A program made the translations under genes and the position numbers. 64,000 bases of DNA, from positions 320,001 to 384,000 of the forward strand of contig CAWBBV010000007.1 of assembly GCA_963787125.1 (NCBI GenBank), given 5' to 3'. The notes under the pieces are model-generated. The model saw nothing but the letters and a program-made list of their open reading frames with translations, searched no databases and was not told the DNA's origin. Source of the DNA: an uncultured delta proteobacterium. Its GTDB lineage: Bacteria > Desulfobacterota > Desulfuromonadia > Geobacterales > DSM-12255. This document shows positions 27,561-37,856 of the stretch, piece by piece; position 1 is the first letter of the stretch, and each line of letters opens with the position of its first letter.

Positions 27561-29792
27561 TTATCTCCCCGCAGGGAGCTCAACTATGAACCTGGTCCCT
27601 TTGGGCTCGTTATCTCTGACCCTTATAAAGCCGTGATGATCAGTGATTATCGTGTTAACAATCGACAGACCCAGGCCTGTGCCGCTCTTCTTGGTCGAAA
27701 AATATGGCTCAAAGAGCCTCGACTTATCTTCTTTTGCTATCCCGTGGCCGGAGTCTGCTACCGAGAAGCTCGCCATTTTCAGTTCCGGATTGTAACTGCT
27801 ATCGACAAAAACATCACCGTTTGCGTCAACAGCAGCAACGGCATTCTCAAGAAGATTAATCAGCACCCTTTTGATTTGATCCCGGTCAAGTTGCAGGTCA
27901 GGAACAGCCAAGTCAGGAGAGTAGCTAAGGTTGACCTGCCTATGGGCTTCTGAGTAGAGCGTGACAGCTTCTGCCAAAATATCGTTAAGATTGCAGGGGG
28001 CAAGTTGTGCTGCAGGCATTCTGGCGAACTGCGAGAATTCATTTACCAGATTCTTCAGCTCTTCAACAGATTTTATGATTGTCTCGGTCGACTGATCGAA
28101 TACATGGTCATCTCCTGAAAAACTGGCCAGATAGCGCTTGCGCAGGCGCTGAGCCGAAAGCTGGATAGGGGTTAGCGGGTTTTTGATCTCGTGGGCGATT
28201 CTTCTGGCAACCTCTCTCCAGGCTGCCATTCGCTGAGCTTTGATAAGGTGGGTAAGATCGTCAAATACCACAACTGTCCCCAGAAAGTCGCCCTCATCGT
28301 CCTTCAGTATCGCCAGGTTAACTTGCAACGAAATTCTGCTTTCATCCGCCTGGAGCTCTATCTGCCTATTGAGGATGTCCTGTTTTTTAACAACAATTTC
28401 ACGCAACATATCCTTCAGGATGTCAAGATGTGCAGAACTGAGTACCTCTTTGAAGTGCTTGCCAATCGCTTCCGATCGTTTTAATTGGAGGAGTTTTTCC
28501 GCTGATTTATTAATGGTTGTTATTATTCCGTGATTATTTGTTGAGATAACGCCGGCCGTTATATGTCTGAGTACCGTTTCCATATAGCGGCGCCGACCCT
28601 CTATCTCCTGATTACTGCTTCGCAAGTCCTGATTCGCGTCTCTAAGTGCCAGCTGATTGGCTCTCAGGTCAGCCGTCATGCGGTTAAAGGAGTGGATTAG
28701 TTGGCCGATTTCGTCCTGGCTTTCGCCTTTAAGTTCAATCTCAAGATTACCGTCTGCAATCTGCCTCGTCGCATCAGCCAGTTCCTGGATCGGGTCTGTA
28801 AGGCTGCGCGCAAGATTTACTCCGAACCAGACGGAGAGAGTTATAATAACGATAGTGATAAGCAGCAGCGTCAGTATATAGGTGGTGGTAATAGGTTTTC
28901 TCAGGATCTTAAGCTGTCTGAACTCATGGTAGGAGTTGGTAATCTCCTTCATCTTGCTGACCAGCGAATAGGGGACGTAGTAGTTTACGACTACAACTCC
29001 AACAATATCGTTCTGATTCCAGTTGGAAAATACCGGGACTATCCCCCTGATCAGATCTGCTTTGCCAATGGAGTTGACCCGGGTGAACTCCTTGCCTTTA
29101 AGGCCCTTGTCAAGATCCTCTGAGGTGGGATTAGTGAATTCCGAAGCAGGCAGATTCGGATTTGCTGCTCTGACAAGTTCCTCTCTCTGGGAAGAGAATA
29201 CTTCGACCACCCCCAGGTTGTACTCCTTCTGTTTCTCCCTTATAAGGCTTTTTAATTCTGATAGATTCTCGTCGTTCAAGAGTTTGCGGCGTTTGATGTT
29301 CTGGCTTATCTGTTCGGCATAGAAGAGCGCATTTGCAGCAGAATTTTTATAATACGTCTGGGCCACTTCCATTGATTCATCAAGAGACGTTTCTATCTGC
29401 CGGTTAAACCAGTTCTGGATGCTGCTGGAGATGTAGCCGGCCGATACGAAAAAAAGCAGCAATGTCGGGAAGAGTGAAAGTGAGACAAACGCCAGCACCA
29501 GCTTGGTTCGCAGTCTTGCCCCCATCTTGTTCATCTGCCGGTCTTTGACGAGTTTGAATATATTGCGGGCAAGCAGATAGATGAACAGTATTATCAACAG
29601 AGTTATGACGTTGATAATGCCGAATATGGTTATATTAGTGCCCATGGGGACTTCAGAACTGATTTTTGTCAGGTGGATCTGGGTGGCAATGAGGACGCTT
29701 ATCAGGATGAGTGATATGCCGATTATAAAGGCTTCACGTTTTCTTTTGCGCCGCTCTTTTTGTGGATTAGCAAGGGGGTAGTTATCAGCCAT
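27561..29792 (-). CDS. NtrY-like HAMP/PAS sensor histidine kinase
   Basis: AQRMAAWREVARRIAHEIKNPLTPIQLSAQR signature. Confidence 0.92.
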   Translation of the reverse strand: MADNYPLANPQKERRKRKREAFIIGISLILISVLIATQIHLTKISSEVPMGTNITIFGIINVITLLIILFIYLLARNIFKLVKDRQMNKMGARLRTKLVLAFVSLSLFPTLLLFFVSAGYISSSIQNWFNRQIETSLDESMEVAQTYYKNSAANALFYAEQISQNIKRRKLLNDENLSELKSLIREKQKEYNLGVVEVFSSQREELVRAANPNLPASEFTNPTSEDLDKGLKGKEFTRVNSIGKADLIRGIVPVFSNWNQNDIVGVVVVNYYVPYSLVSKMKEITNSYHEFRQLKILRKPITTTYILTLLLITIVIITLSVWFGVNLARSLTDPIQELADATRQIADGNLEIELKGESQDEIGQLIHSFNRMTADLRANQLALRDANQDLRSSNQEIEGRRRYMETVLRHITAGVISTNNHGIITTINKSAEKLLQLKRSEAIGKHFKEVLSSAHLDILKDMLREIVVKKQDILNRQIELQADESRISLQVNLAILKDDEGDFLGTVVVFDDLTHLIKAQRMAAWREVARRIAHEIKNPLTPIQLSAQRLRKRYLASFSGDDHVFDQSTETIIKSVEELKNLVNEFSQFARMPAAQLAPCNLNDILAEAVTLYSEAHRQVNLSYSPDLAVPDLQLDRDQIKRVLINLLENAVAAVDANGDVFVDSSYNPELKMASFSVADSGHGIAKEDKSRLFEPYFSTKKSGTGLGLSIVNTIITDHHGFIRVRDNEPKGTRFIVELPAGR

Positions 29793-29849
29793 CTGCAGCT
29801 TCTCCGGATTTCAAGCGTGATTATTTATCTGTTCCGCCAGGACTCAAAA

Positions 29850-31532
29850 TTATAGTCTTCCCGAGCGGATGATAGCGATAAGCCATACAAGGCCTATCAG
29901 ACCGGCAATGCTGTAACCCATGAAGGCAAAGAGAGGAAAGCCGAGCAGTTGGGGTCCTTTTCCGGTCTGCATGACAATAGAAGAGCCGACGATAAGCGCT
30001 GCAATAATGAGGCTTGAGGAGAGCCGGTTGATAGACTTGTCCAGCTCTTTGATGAAATGGTCAAGGCCGCGATGCTCAAGGTCAATCTTGAATTTGTCCC
30101 GATTGATCCGGTTAAGAATCTCCTTTATATCTTTAGGGAGGGAGCGGAGCAGGTTCACATAGGAGTTGACGTTGCCAAAAAGCTCCTTGAAGGCGCTCTT
30201 CGGTGAAAGCCGGCCTCTAATCTCCTTTTCCATCAACGGTCGCAGGTGCTGCATCATGTCGAAACCAGGGTCAAGTTTTCTCCCCATACTTTCAATGGTC
30301 ATGAACGCTTTTGCGAGCAGGAGCAGGTCAGGATGAAATTTTATCCGGTATTCGGATATTATCTCGGTAAAGTCGATAAGAAGCTGCCCAACCTGAAAAT
30401 CCTGCAAGGAGAGATCATAGTATTTTTCGATAAACTCGGAAATATCCCTGCGGAGCGCCCTGATATTAACGCTGTCGGTGATGTCGCCCGAATAGATGAG
30501 AAGGGAGATCACCTCTTCTGCATCCCGATTGAGAACAGCCAGGAGAATATCGGTAAGGTGGTTTTTAAGGAACGGATCAATTCTGCCGGTCATCCCGAAG
30601 TCGAGCATGCAGATGATGTTGTCCGGGAGGATGAGGATATTGCCAGGGTGAGGGTCGCCATGGAAAAAACCGTGCTCCAGAACCATTTTTACAAAGGCAT
30701 CAGCACCTCTGCGGGCAATCAGCTTGACATCAAGACCCGCAGCGCAAAGACTGCTTAAGTCCGAAACCTTTATCCCCTCGATCAGCTCCATGGTCAGCAC
30801 GGCTTTAGAGGTGTGCTCCCAGTAGACTTTCGGGAAATAGACTGTGTCGTCACTGGCAAAATTGGCTGCAAACCGCTCGATGGTTCTCCCTTCCAGGGAA
30901 AGATCCATCTCTCTGCGAATGGTGCGCGCCAGCTCTCTTACCTGACCGACCGGGTCGTAGATTTCGCTGTTCGGAAGATGCTTCTCAGCCATCATTGCCA
31001 GCAGCGTCAGCGCCTCTATGTCGGTTTCAATAAGATCCTGAATTCCCGGGCGTCTGACCTTGATAACAACTTCTTCGCCACTCTTCAAGGTCGCCCGGTG
31101 AGCCTGGGCAATGGATGCTGCGCCGATAGCCTCATGCTCGAACGAAGCAAAGAGGTCGGAAATGTCGTTCCCAAACTCCTTGCGAATCTCGGTGGCCACT
31201 TCTGCAAAACTGAAAGGGGGGACACTGTCCTGAAGTTTTGCAAACTCCTCGATATAATGGGGTGGGAGGATGTCAGCGCGGGTCGAGAGAAACTGCCCGA
31301 GTTTGACAAAGGTGGGCCCGAGTTCCTCAAGGACAAGTCTCATCCGCTCCGGCTGGCTTAACTCGATAAAAACCGAAGTATCACGCCGAAAAAGCCTGCG
31401 CCATCTTGTGACAAATTCGGTCATATTAAGATACGCCAGCAGATTGTCGAATCCGTACTTGAAGAGGACACGGACAATCTGCCGGTAGCGCTTGATGCTG
31501 CGAATGTTGCGGTTAAACTGGAGAATATTCAA
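29850..31532 (-). CDS. ubiB: AarF/ABC1/UbiB kinase family protein
   Basis: LGPTFVKLGQ, AASIAQAH, FFHGDPHPGN, LDFGM. Confidence 0.9.
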   Translation of the reverse strand: MNILQFNRNIRSIKRYRQIVRVLFKYGFDNLLAYLNMTEFVTRWRRLFRRDTSVFIELSQPERMRLVLEELGPTFVKLGQFLSTRADILPPHYIEEFAKLQDSVPPFSFAEVATEIRKEFGNDISDLFASFEHEAIGAASIAQAHRATLKSGEEVVIKVRRPGIQDLIETDIEALTLLAMMAEKHLPNSEIYDPVGQVRELARTIRREMDLSLEGRTIERFAANFASDDTVYFPKVYWEHTSKAVLTMELIEGIKVSDLSSLCAAGLDVKLIARRGADAFVKMVLEHGFFHGDPHPGNILILPDNIICMLDFGMTGRIDPFLKNHLTDILLAVLNRDAEEVISLLIYSGDITDSVNIRALRRDISEFIEKYYDLSLQDFQVGQLLIDFTEIISEYRIKFHPDLLLLAKAFMTIESMGRKLDPGFDMMQHLRPLMEKEIRGRLSPKSAFKELFGNVNSYVNLLRSLPKDIKEILNRINRDKFKIDLEHRGLDHFIKELDKSINRLSSSLIIAALIVGSSIVMQTGKGPQLLGFPLFAFMGYSIAGLIGLVWLIAIIRSGRL

Positions 31533-31535
31533 GAA

Positions 31536-31838
31536 TTAGTCCTGGGCGCCCAGCTTCTTTTCCAGCTCTTCGACTCTCTGCTTCAGGAGGTCGTAGTCAT
31601 CTTTAGAAACAAGGCCGATACGCTCAACAGTCTTTTTGACCTCTGCTTCGGCTGCTTCGGCAATCTTCTCTCGGGTCTCTTTTGCTACACCCTGAATTTT
31701 ATCTAGAAAGGCTTTACCTTCTTCCTCGCTGACTTTGTACTTTTCTTTAAGTTCGGCGAGCAGTTCCTCGCCCTTTTTCTGCGTGAGTGAAAGAGCACCA
31801 ATTCCTGTCAGTGCTGCTTTTTCAAAGAGTTCAAACAT
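31536..31838 (-). CDS. Phasin-like / PHA granule-associated family protein
   Basis: ALTGIGAL N-terminus and coiled-coil C-terminus; typical position upstream of ubiB. Confidence 0.7.
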   Translation of the reverse strand: MFELFEKAALTGIGALSLTQKKGEELLAELKEKYKVSEEEGKAFLDKIQGVAKETREKIAEAAEAEVKKTVERIGLVSKDDYDLLKQRVEELEKKLGAQD

Positions 31839-31915
31839 TGTCTGCCTCCATAAAGCTGAATTTTGAATCGTGATGTTAGAACATTAACATTTTGGCAGGG
31901 AAACGCAAGTGTAAG

Positions 31916-32128
31916 CTATTTGCGTAGCAACCAGAGGATAAGGGAAATGACTGCGGAAAGAATTATGCAGGTGGTAAGGGGGAAAAAGAGAGTGAAGCTG
32001 TCTCGCTTTAAATAGAGGTCTCCCGGTAGTCTGCCGAGCCACGGCAACTTGCCAAAGAGCATGATTGCTCCGCCGATGGCGGCAATGACTGCACCGATTA
32101 TCAGTAACGATCTGCCAAGGTCAGGCAT
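31916..32128 (-). CDS. DUF2905 small membrane protein
   Basis: LGRLPGD...FFPLTTC. Confidence 0.88.
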   Translation of the reverse strand: MPDLGRSLLIIGAVIAAIGGAIMLFGKLPWLGRLPGDLYLKRDSFTLFFPLTTCIILSAVISLILWLLRK

Positions 32129-32663
32129 GCTCTGCCTTTGGCAGATAGCGTTCCTTTTCGCTGTAGATACAGCCGCAGTACTGCTGACGATAGAGCCCCA
32201 TCTCTTTTGAGAGTCTTATCCCTTCCTGCCAACCGGGACGAAAATCCTCGTAATGAAATTTTACTCCATGCCGTTCGCCTGCCTTCTCACCGGTAGTCCG
32301 GATCATTGCATGATCCTGATAACGGCTGTAAAGAAGAGATGAGGTAAACGCATCGAGCCCAAGCTCAGCGGCTTTTTTAGCCGCGGCGTCAAAGCGTGAG
32401 AAGTAGCAGTAAATGCATCTTTCTGCCGGATTTTGTGCAACTGCGGCGAGAAACTCTTCGAGATTATATTCATCTCGGTAGACCATCGGCAGCTCTCTGG
32501 CGGCGGCAAACTCCCGAACCGCTGTCAGGCGGCGCTGATACTCCTGGTACGGGTGAATGTTGTGGTTATAGAAGAAGCCGGTGACGTTATGCTCAGCCTT
32601 GATAAGCTGCTGAAGCGGGTAGATAGAGCAGGGGCCACAACATGTATGGAGGAGGATTTTCAT
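32121..32663 (-). CDS. queH: Epoxyqueuosine reductase QueH
   Basis: LLHTCCGPCS, NIHPYQEY, YRQQYCGCIYS. Confidence 0.9.
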   Translation of the reverse strand: MKILLHTCCGPCSIYPLQQLIKAEHNVTGFFYNHNIHPYQEYQRRLTAVREFAAARELPMVYRDEYNLEEFLAAVAQNPAERCIYCYFSRFDAAAKKAAELGLDAFTSSLLYSRYQDHAMIRTTGEKAGERHGVKFHYEDFRPGWQEGIRLSKEMGLYRQQYCGCIYSEKERYLPKAEHA

Positions 32664-32673
32664 GGTGAGATTA

Positions 32674-33405
32674 TTATCTGAAAGTGGCGTTCAGGTCAAG
32701 AGTCCGGGATTGGAACGCCTCTCTTGCCAGCTTCAGAGTGATTTTACGCTGAGTTGCAAACGACTGTTGCTTTAGCAGTTCAACTGCATTTGCCAGTGAG
32801 GGGATATCACGCGGGAGTCGGAGCAGAAGATAGTCGATCACATCATCAGGCAGGGCCAATTGATGGTCGTCCGCAAGTTTCTTCATAATCATTCGTCTTG
32901 ATTCATCATCGGAAATGTCCAGCTTGGCGACAAGTCCCCACATGAAACGTGACTTCAGGTGCTCATCAAGGGAATCAAGCTCTTTGGGGGGGAGGGTGGC
33001 AGAGGCTATTATCTTGCGACCGCTTTCGTAAAAATCGTTGAACAGTTGCCAGATAGCTGTGCGCAGGGACTTAAAATCCTGTAACTGATGAAGGTTGTCC
33101 AGAAGGAGTATCGGCTGCGGTGCTGACAGCCTGACAATCTCTGCACAATTAGCGGGAGTGATCAGCTCGATCGGGATGACTGGAGGCGGAGCAATTGCTG
33201 TTGTTTCCGCAAGTTTTCTGCTGACAGCGGAAAGCAGATGGGTTTTGCCTGAACCTGACTCGCCATAAAGGAAAAGAAGATTTTCGCCGGATCCGGAATC
33301 CATAACCTTGTTAACAAATCCCAAAGCAGTGTTGTTGCCATTGCAGGCGACGAAACTGTTGAAGCTGTAGTTCGGTTTAGCCGGGAAATTGAAAAAGAGC
33401 TGCAT
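32674..33405 (-). CDS. hda: DnaA/Hda-family regulatory ATPase
   Basis: MQL.F clamp-binding-like N-terminus, GESGSGKTHLL, LKSRFMWG. Confidence 0.8.
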   Translation of the reverse strand: MQLFFNFPAKPNYSFNSFVACNGNNTALGFVNKVMDSGSGENLLFLYGESGSGKTHLLSAVSRKLAETTAIAPPPVIPIELITPANCAEIVRLSAPQPILLLDNLHQLQDFKSLRTAIWQLFNDFYESGRKIIASATLPPKELDSLDEHLKSRFMWGLVAKLDISDDESRRMIMKKLADDHQLALPDDVIDYLLLRLPRDIPSLANAVELLKQQSFATQRKITLKLAREAFQSRTLDLNATFR

Positions 33406-33407
33406 CT

Positions 33408-34424
33408 TTAGAAAAGAGCTCCTTGAGGAGTTTCAGGGGCGATCCGCCCGAAATGGAGATAGGCTGCCCGGGTTGCCACTCTGCCGCGCGGAGTGCGATT
33501 CAGAAAGCCTTGCTGGATAAGGAACGGTTCGATGACATCTTCGATAGTGTCGCTCTCCTCGCAGATAGCTGCTGCCAGAGTTTCAAGGCCGACAGGTCCG
33601 CCACCGAACTTGTCGATGATGGTAAGGAGAACCGTGCGGTCCATGCTGTCAAAACCCATTTCATCGACTTCCAGTAGCAGCAGGGATTCTCTGACGATCT
33701 TTCCGGTTATCGTGCCGTCACCGAGTACCTGGGCAAAATCACGGACACGCCGAAGCAGCCGGTTGGCAATCCGCGGCGTACCGCGACTGCGGCGGGCAAG
33801 CTCCAGTGAAGCTTCTTCAGCGATCGCTACGTTAAGAATGCGGGCTGAGCGTCTGACAATGAAGGCGAGCTCGTCATCGGTATAAAACTCGAGCCTGGAA
33901 ATGACTCCAAAGCGGTCACGCAGGGGCGATGAGAGCAGGCCTGCTCTGGTAGTTGCGCCGACCAGAGTGAATTTGGGCAGATCCAGCTTTATGGTTCTGG
34001 CGCTTGGCCCCTGGCCGATGATGATATCGAGTTGAAAATCTTCCATGGCAGGGTAGAGAATCTCTTCAACCACATGGGATAACCGGTGGATTTCATCAAT
34101 GAAGAGAACGTCGTGCGCTTCGAGATTGGTAAGAATTGCAGCAAGGTCACCAGGCCGCTCGATTACCGGGCCCGAGGTTGATTTGATGTTAACGCCCATT
34201 TCACAGGCAATTATATTGGCAAGGGTGGTCTTGCCGAGTCCTGGCGGGCCGTAGAGAAGGACGTGATCCAGCGCTTCATCCCGTTTTCTGGCAGCATCAA
34301 TGAAAATCCGCAGATTCCCTTTTGCTTTTTCCTGCCCCACATACTCGTCCAGGGAGCGAGGGCGCAGAGTGCTTTCCATGTAGATCTCATCATCACTGGC
34401 AACTGCTTCGATCACTCGTGTCAT
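33408..34424 (-). CDS. ruvB: Holliday junction helicase RuvB
   Basis: [35 protein letters not shown]. Confidence 0.98.
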   Translation of the reverse strand: MTRVIEAVASDDEIYMESTLRPRSLDEYVGQEKAKGNLRIFIDAARKRDEALDHVLLYGPPGLGKTTLANIIACEMGVNIKSTSGPVIERPGDLAAILTNLEAHDVLFIDEIHRLSHVVEEILYPAMEDFQLDIIIGQGPSARTIKLDLPKFTLVGATTRAGLLSSPLRDRFGVISRLEFYTDDELAFIVRRSARILNVAIAEEASLELARRSRGTPRIANRLLRRVRDFAQVLGDGTITGKIVRESLLLLEVDEMGFDSMDRTVLLTIIDKFGGGPVGLETLAAAICEESDTIEDVIEPFLIQQGFLNRTPRGRVATRAAYLHFGRIAPETPQGALF

Positions 34425-34426
34425 CG

Positions 34427-35029
34427 CTATTTCATCAGCCTTTTAAGTGCAAGCTTGAGAACTGTTTCCATGGGGGTATCAGCGTCGGTCTCAAACTCAG
34501 AGAGGGTTTTTGTGACGACTGCTTCTTTGTAGCCGAGGTTTATCAACGCTGAGGCGACGTCATCCCGGACCGATCGATCCTGAATCGAAAGTGTGGCGTT
34601 AATGCCGGCTTCTCCCATCATGCCGAGTTTTACAACTTTATCTTTCAGTTCAAGAACCAGCCTCTCAGAGGTTTTTTTACCGATGCCGGGAATAGCGGAG
34701 AGCCTGACAATGTCGCCACGACAGAGGGCAGAGCCGAGTTCATCCGGGTGAATGTTGGAGAGGATATCTTTTGCCAGCTTGGGGCCGACACCTGAGACGG
34801 TTATCAGCAGCTGAAAAAACTGTTTTTCTGCCGGCGTTAAAAAACCGTAAAGGTGAATTGCATCTTCTTTGACATTGGTATGAATGTTGAGGGTGAGGGT
34901 AGCACCTTCTTCCGGGAGGGCGAAAAAGGTTGAGAACGGTATCTGGACACGATAACCGACTCCGTTTACATCCAGAATGACTGAGTCCGGGTTTTTACTG
35001 GCTATTTTGCCTGTCAATAGTGCGATCAT
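34427..35029 (-). CDS. ruvA: Holliday junction binding protein RuvA
   Basis: DVNGVGY, VSGVGPK, PGIGKKT. Confidence 0.97.
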   Translation of the reverse strand: MIALLTGKIASKNPDSVILDVNGVGYRVQIPFSTFFALPEEGATLTLNIHTNVKEDAIHLYGFLTPAEKQFFQLLITVSGVGPKLAKDILSNIHPDELGSALCRGDIVRLSAIPGIGKKTSERLVLELKDKVVKLGMMGEAGINATLSIQDRSVRDDVASALINLGYKEAVVTKTLSEFETDADTPMETVLKLALKRLMK

Positions 35030-35547
35030 CTGTATGCCCTGGTTTTTCTGGCGGTGGGGGCGGCGGTGGTAAGGGCTTTCATTACGGCAGAGTTTGCGTG
35101 GCAGATTGCCACAGCCAGAGCATCGGAAGCGTCTGCCTGGGCAATCTCCGGCAGTCCCAGCAGCACCTTTACCATGTGTTGTACCTGCTCCTTGGCCGCC
35201 TTGCCATGACCAACGACAGACTGTTTTACCTGGAGCGCCGTGTATTCAAAGACCGGCAGAGCTGCATGGACAGCGGCAACTATTGCAGCTCCTCTTGCCT
35301 GTCCAAGCTTGAGAGCGCTTTGGGCGTTATTTGAAAAGAATAGATCTTCAACAGCAACAGCATCCGGGGTGTATCTGTTGATGACCTCGGTAAGTCCGTC
35401 GAAAATATGTTTCAGTCTGGTTGGAAAATCTGCGGCGCTGTCAGTAAAGACAGCGCCGTTATCGATATGAATGAGGCGATTCCCTTCTTTGCGGATGACG
35501 CCGTAACCGGTAATGCGTGAACCGGGATCAATCCCGAGAATAATCAT
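35026..35547 (-). CDS. ruvC: Crossover junction endodeoxyribonuclease RuvC
   Basis: [25 protein letters not shown]. Confidence 0.97.
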   Translation of the reverse strand: MIILGIDPGSRITGYGVIRKEGNRLIHIDNGAVFTDSAADFPTRLKHIFDGLTEVINRYTPDAVAVEDLFFSNNAQSALKLGQARGAAIVAAVHAALPVFEYTALQVKQSVVGHGKAAKEQVQHMVKVLLGLPEIAQADASDALAVAICHANSAVMKALTTAAPTARKTRAYR

Positions 35548-36291
35548 TTACATCAACTTTTCCATCTCTTCCATAGAGATGTCAAAGTTGGCATAAACGT
35601 TTTGGACATCATCATTATCTTCGAGCTTGTCCATCATCTTCAGCATGCTTTCCGCCTGTTTCCCTTCAAGCTTAACCACGGTCTGCGGGATCATGGTTAT
35701 TTCAGCAGAGTCGGCTTTGAAGCCTGCAGTTGCCAGGGCATCGCGCACCTCCATGAAGGAAGCAGGGTCAGTAGTTACCTCAAACAGCTCATCCTGTTCG
35801 GCGACATCATCAGCACCCGCTTCTATGGCGGCTTCAAAGAGTTTATCAAAATCAACACTCTTCGGGAAAATGATCAGCCCCTTCTTGTCAAATATCCAGG
35901 AAACGCAGCCTGTTTCACCCATGTTGCCGTTGCATTTGGTGAAGATGCTGCGCACATCGGAAACAGTCCGGTTGCGGTTATCAGTCATTACCTCTACCAG
36001 TACAGCAACTCCGCCAGGCCCGTAGCCTTCGTAGGTGGTTTCCTCGTAGTTGACCCCCTCCATGCCGCCGCTGCCTTTCTTGATGGCGCGTTCAATGTTG
36101 TCTTTGGGCATGTTCTCGCCCTTTGCCTTATCGATTGCCGTACGCAGCCTGGGGTTTGCCGCCGGATCGCCACCGCCGAGCTTGGCGGCCACGCAGATCT
36201 CCTTGATTATCTTGGTGAAAATTTTCCCACGCTTTGCATCAGCTGCACCCTTTTTATGCTTTATGGTGCTCCATTTATTATGACCTGACAT
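35548..36291 (-). CDS. yebC: YebC/PmpR family protein
   Basis: [39 protein letters not shown] before ATG 36291. Confidence 0.95.
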   Translation of the reverse strand: MSGHNKWSTIKHKKGAADAKRGKIFTKIIKEICVAAKLGGGDPAANPRLRTAIDKAKGENMPKDNIERAIKKGSGGMEGVNYEETTYEGYGPGGVAVLVEVMTDNRNRTVSDVRSIFTKCNGNMGETGCVSWIFDKKGLIIFPKSVDFDKLFEAAIEAGADDVAEQDELFEVTTDPASFMEVRDALATAGFKADSAEITMIPQTVVKLEGKQAESMLKMMDKLEDNDDVQNVYANFDISMEEMEKLM

Positions 36292-36632
36292 CGCAGCAAC
36301 TCCTCTTTGATTTGGCACTTCAAAACCGCAAAATACTATCACGCGGTAAAAATAGTGTAAAGCAAGAAAAGCTGGGCGTAATCTTGCCGTTACGTAAGAG
36401 TATTCATTAGGAGTTAAACCTTTGTTTGAAATAAGTAAGATTCTTAAAACGGCAATCTTTAATCGGATGATAAATGTATGCAACTATCTAAAATTGATGC
36501 ACTACAAGTCATTTGTATACAGGAAATAAAATTTACTATTGACATGAATAAAACGTCGTGCTAAAAAACTGAAAACAAAAGCCGCTATTATATAAAACGA
36601 ACGTTCAAATTTAACGTATACAGGGTTGATTA

Positions 36633-37403
36633 ATGTTCAGAAGCAAGAGCAGCTATTCAGTGCAGAGTGTTGAAAAAGCTCTGGATATTCTTGAGCTGCT
36701 TGCAGACGAGTCGATTGATGCAACCCTGCCGCACCTTGCTGAAAAAATCGGCATCAGTCGCAATAAGGCTTTCCGGCTATTAGCAACACTTGAGAGTAGA
36801 GGTTTGGTGCTCCGTGAAGAGCATAGCGGTGTCTATCGGATCGGGCTTAACACCGTCGGTCTTGCCCAGCGCTTCATCAAGAGTGCAAATCTCATCAAGC
36901 ATGCTCACCCTGTCATGGAAGAGCTTGCAAGGCGCCACGAAGAGGCCATCTATCTTACGGTACTGCTCGGTGAAGAGGTGTTGTTCCTTGATTTTGTTGA
37001 TGGTGCGCAGACTGTAAAAACAGCCCCGCTGGTCGGGAAAAAGTTCCCCTGTCTCACCAACGCCCCCGGCAAGGTGATAAAAGCATTAGAGTCAACCGAT
37101 CTGTTGGAGAAGTTCTTCAAGAAAGGGCGGCGGAAAATGGCACCTGAAGATATGGCAAGGCTGGAAAAAGAGCTGGGTGAGATCAGGTTAAAGAGAGTTG
37201 CCGTTGATTATGACGGTCTTGGTGAAGGGGTAATTGATATTGCAGTGGCAATAAAAGATTATGCCGGTAAGGTCGTCGGCGCTATTACTCTTCTCGGGCC
37301 GACTTTCCGGCTCTTTGCAGAGAGAATAGAAAATGAAATTGCTCCTTCGCTGCTTGAAGGGGCTGACATGCTTTCCCTGAAATTCGGTTATGCAAAGTAT
37401 TAG
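36633..37403 (+). CDS. IclR-family transcriptional regulator
   Basis: VQSVEKALDILE HTH and C-terminal effector domain. Confidence 0.92.
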   Translation: MFRSKSSYSVQSVEKALDILELLADESIDATLPHLAEKIGISRNKAFRLLATLESRGLVLREEHSGVYRIGLNTVGLAQRFIKSANLIKHAHPVMEELARRHEEAIYLTVLLGEEVLFLDFVDGAQTVKTAPLVGKKFPCLTNAPGKVIKALESTDLLEKFFKKGRRKMAPEDMARLEKELGEIRLKRVAVDYDGLGEGVIDIAVAIKDYAGKVVGAITLLGPTFRLFAERIENEIAPSLLEGADMLSLKFGYAKY

Positions 37404-37526
37404 CAACAGAGCTGTTTGCCACTTTAACGAACTAACAAAAGGAGGATTACAGAGAGTATCACCGTTACAGGTACGGGACGCCGCTACCTCAATGCTGTCA
37501 AAAATCCAAAGAAAGGAGTACTAACC

Positions 37527-37838
37527 ATGGCAGAAAAGCAGTATGACTGGAAGGCAATAGCCAACAATCCAAAGTTTAAAGAGTTACATCACAAGAAGAG
37601 CGCGTTTCTCTTCGGCTGGTGGATCTTCTCCACAGCCTATTACTTCCTCCTCCCTATCGGTGCAGCTTATGCTCCGGGCCTTTTCAAAATCAAGGTTATC
37701 AGCGTAATCAATTTCGGCTACGTATTCGCTCTTTCCCAGTTTTTTGTATCCTGGGGCCTGGCACATTACTATGCACACGTCGCTAACAAGGATTTTGACA
37801 GAATGACCAAGTCCCTGATTGACGAACTACATCTTTAG
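37527..37838 (+). CDS. DUF485 (YjcH-like) membrane protein
   Basis: Two TM segments, ANKDFD motif, directly upstream of actP. Confidence 0.88.
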   Translation: MAEKQYDWKAIANNPKFKELHHKKSAFLFGWWIFSTAYYFLLPIGAAYAPGLFKIKVISVINFGYVFALSQFFVSWGLAHYYAHVANKDFDRMTKSLIDELHL

Positions 37839-37856
37839 GAAAGGAGGATAAGAGAC

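Noticed and set aside
36292..36483. ORF-track N-terminal extension of yebC
   Set aside because: The canonical MSGHNKW start with RBS is at 36291
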